Source of the DNA: Carpediemonas membranifera BICM
Lineage: Eukaryota > Protista > Fornicata
Length of the DNA stretch: 64,000 bases
Reading direction: 5' to 3'
Assembly (NCBI GenBank): GCA_019828565.1
Contig: JAHDYR010000020.1
Span: 167,769-231,768 of the forward strand
The position numbers and the translations under genes are program-made. Shown here one piece after another: positions 63,090-64,000 of the stretch. Within the stretch, counting starts at the first letter, position 1. Every line of letters begins with the position of its first letter. The notes beneath the pieces were generated by a model. It ran no database searches. It saw nothing but the letters and a program-made list of their open reading frames with translations, and had not been told where the DNA came from.

Positions 63090-64000
63090 TTAATCCTCAT
63101 CCTCCTCGGGGATATCCCGAACGAGCACGCACACATAGAACCCGTCGGTCTGGTCTTGCTCGGTGTCTGTCCTAATGCTGCACCGGGCGACCTCGTCGTC
63201 TCCGTGACCACGACGCTCCCACGCCGAGAGCGGGTAGGCCGGCTTCCACCCGGGCACCGTCTGGAGAGCTCTACGGACGACCTCCTCGTTCTCCTCGTCG
63301 TGGACGCTGCACGTGCTGTATACGATGGCCTGCACCGTCTCGAGGCCCATGGCGTGGGTCAGGCACGAGTGTTGGAACTCGGCCAGCCCCGCCAGGTCCG
63401 TGGTCTCGCCGAACATGGCGCCGAACCGTTTGTCGGGGTTCCCGACGACCCCTGAGCTCGAGCAGGAGGGGTCGACGACGCATAGGGTGGGGGGCTCGCA
63501 GCCCTCGACGGGGGCGCATGTCAGATCTAGGCATGACCCGACGCGTGCGACGACGCGGACAGCGGCAGGAAGGGTCGCGGTGACGGGTGCCGTGAGCTTC
63601 TCAGCGAGTTCCGCCCGACGGGGGTCTATTTCTTGAGTGTCACCGAGTAGACCTTCCTGACGGACTTGTTGCCGCCCTTGGCCCGCAGACCCTTCCCGAG
63701 CACAGCCTGTGCCAGACGGACCGCAGCATGGGTGGTTTTGTTGCCTGGTGCAGCACAGAAATCGAGCACGGACCCGACATATCTCTCCTTGTCCCGATCG
63801 ACGACGTCGAACAGCGCAGAGACAGGCAGACAGCTGGCCCGGCTCTGGACTGTCACTGCGCCTGATGCGACGTTCTTGTCGTCCCTGATTGGTGTGTCCT
63901 TGGGTGCAAGGAGCACGTCGGGCAGGACTGGGTCGGGCTTGGCGTTGGCATACAGACCCAGCGCCTGGTTGCGGAGTCAGCACGGTCCGGAGTTGACCCT
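63090..64000 (-). CDS. NSUN5: NSUN5/Rcm1 rRNA m5C methyltransferase, 3' part, with an apparent frameshift near 63635
   Basis: LDFCAAPGNKTTH in one frame; VDPSCSSSG, VYSTCS, ENEEVV, DGFYV in another; probable 33-nt intron at 63965-63997. Confidence 0.75.
   Translation of the reverse strand, partial: GQLRTVLTPQPGAGSVCQRQARPSPARRAPCTQGHTNQGRQERRIRRSDSPEPGQLSACLCAVRRRRSGQGEICRVRARFLCCTRQQNHPCCGPSGTGCAREGSAGQGRQQVRQEGLLGDTQEIDPRRAELAEKLTAPVTATLPAAVRVVARVGSCLDLTCAPVEGCEPPTLCVVDPSCSSSGVVGNPDKRFGAMFGETTDLAGLAEFQHSCLTHAMGLETVQAIVYSTCSVHDEENEEVVRRALQTVPGWKPAYPLSAWERRGHGDDEVARCSIRTDTEQDQTDGFYVCVLVRDIPEEDED

Noticed and set aside
63977-63979. In-frame TGA in NSUN5 as selenocysteine or readthrough
   Set aside because: It falls within a plausible 33-nt intron (GTCAAC...CTGAC...CCAG), where it forms part of the branch point.

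Overview
Gene-dense, GC-rich eukaryotic DNA using the standard code, with very short (mostly 28-34 nt) GT-AG introns. The gene content (flagellar KIF9 and MNS1, a targeted glycine-cleavage H protein, Isd11, 7TM-RGS, bacterial-type RNase HI, Giardia-like NGTAAA 3' signals) suggests a free-living metamonad protist, Carpediemonas-like; this taxonomy is inferred. About 40 host genes are present and 39 of them lie on the minus strand (MNS1 is the exception). The most unusual part is 1.98-10.4 kb. It holds two degenerate, complementary fragments of a Fanzor (eukaryotic TnpB-like RNA-guided RuvC nuclease). Each fragment is bracketed by its own 28-30 bp direct repeat, and the two repeats share AACAAT...CTGCGCA. 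The C-terminal fragment is followed by a structured omegaRNA-like sequence with a cUACGg tetraloop. Between the fragments sits an intact, recent Ty3/Gypsy chromovirus with 51-bp LTRs, a 5-bp TSD and no tRNA primer-binding site. Other observations: a recurring (T/A)AAACTGC(A/G)C motif about 30 nt upstream of many start codons, an Isd11 gene split by micro-introns and missed by the ORF track, a PPAT-Nas2N domain fusion, a near-identical RPS12 duplication and several dispersed repeats. All protein calls are from motif recognition by eye; no database searches were run.
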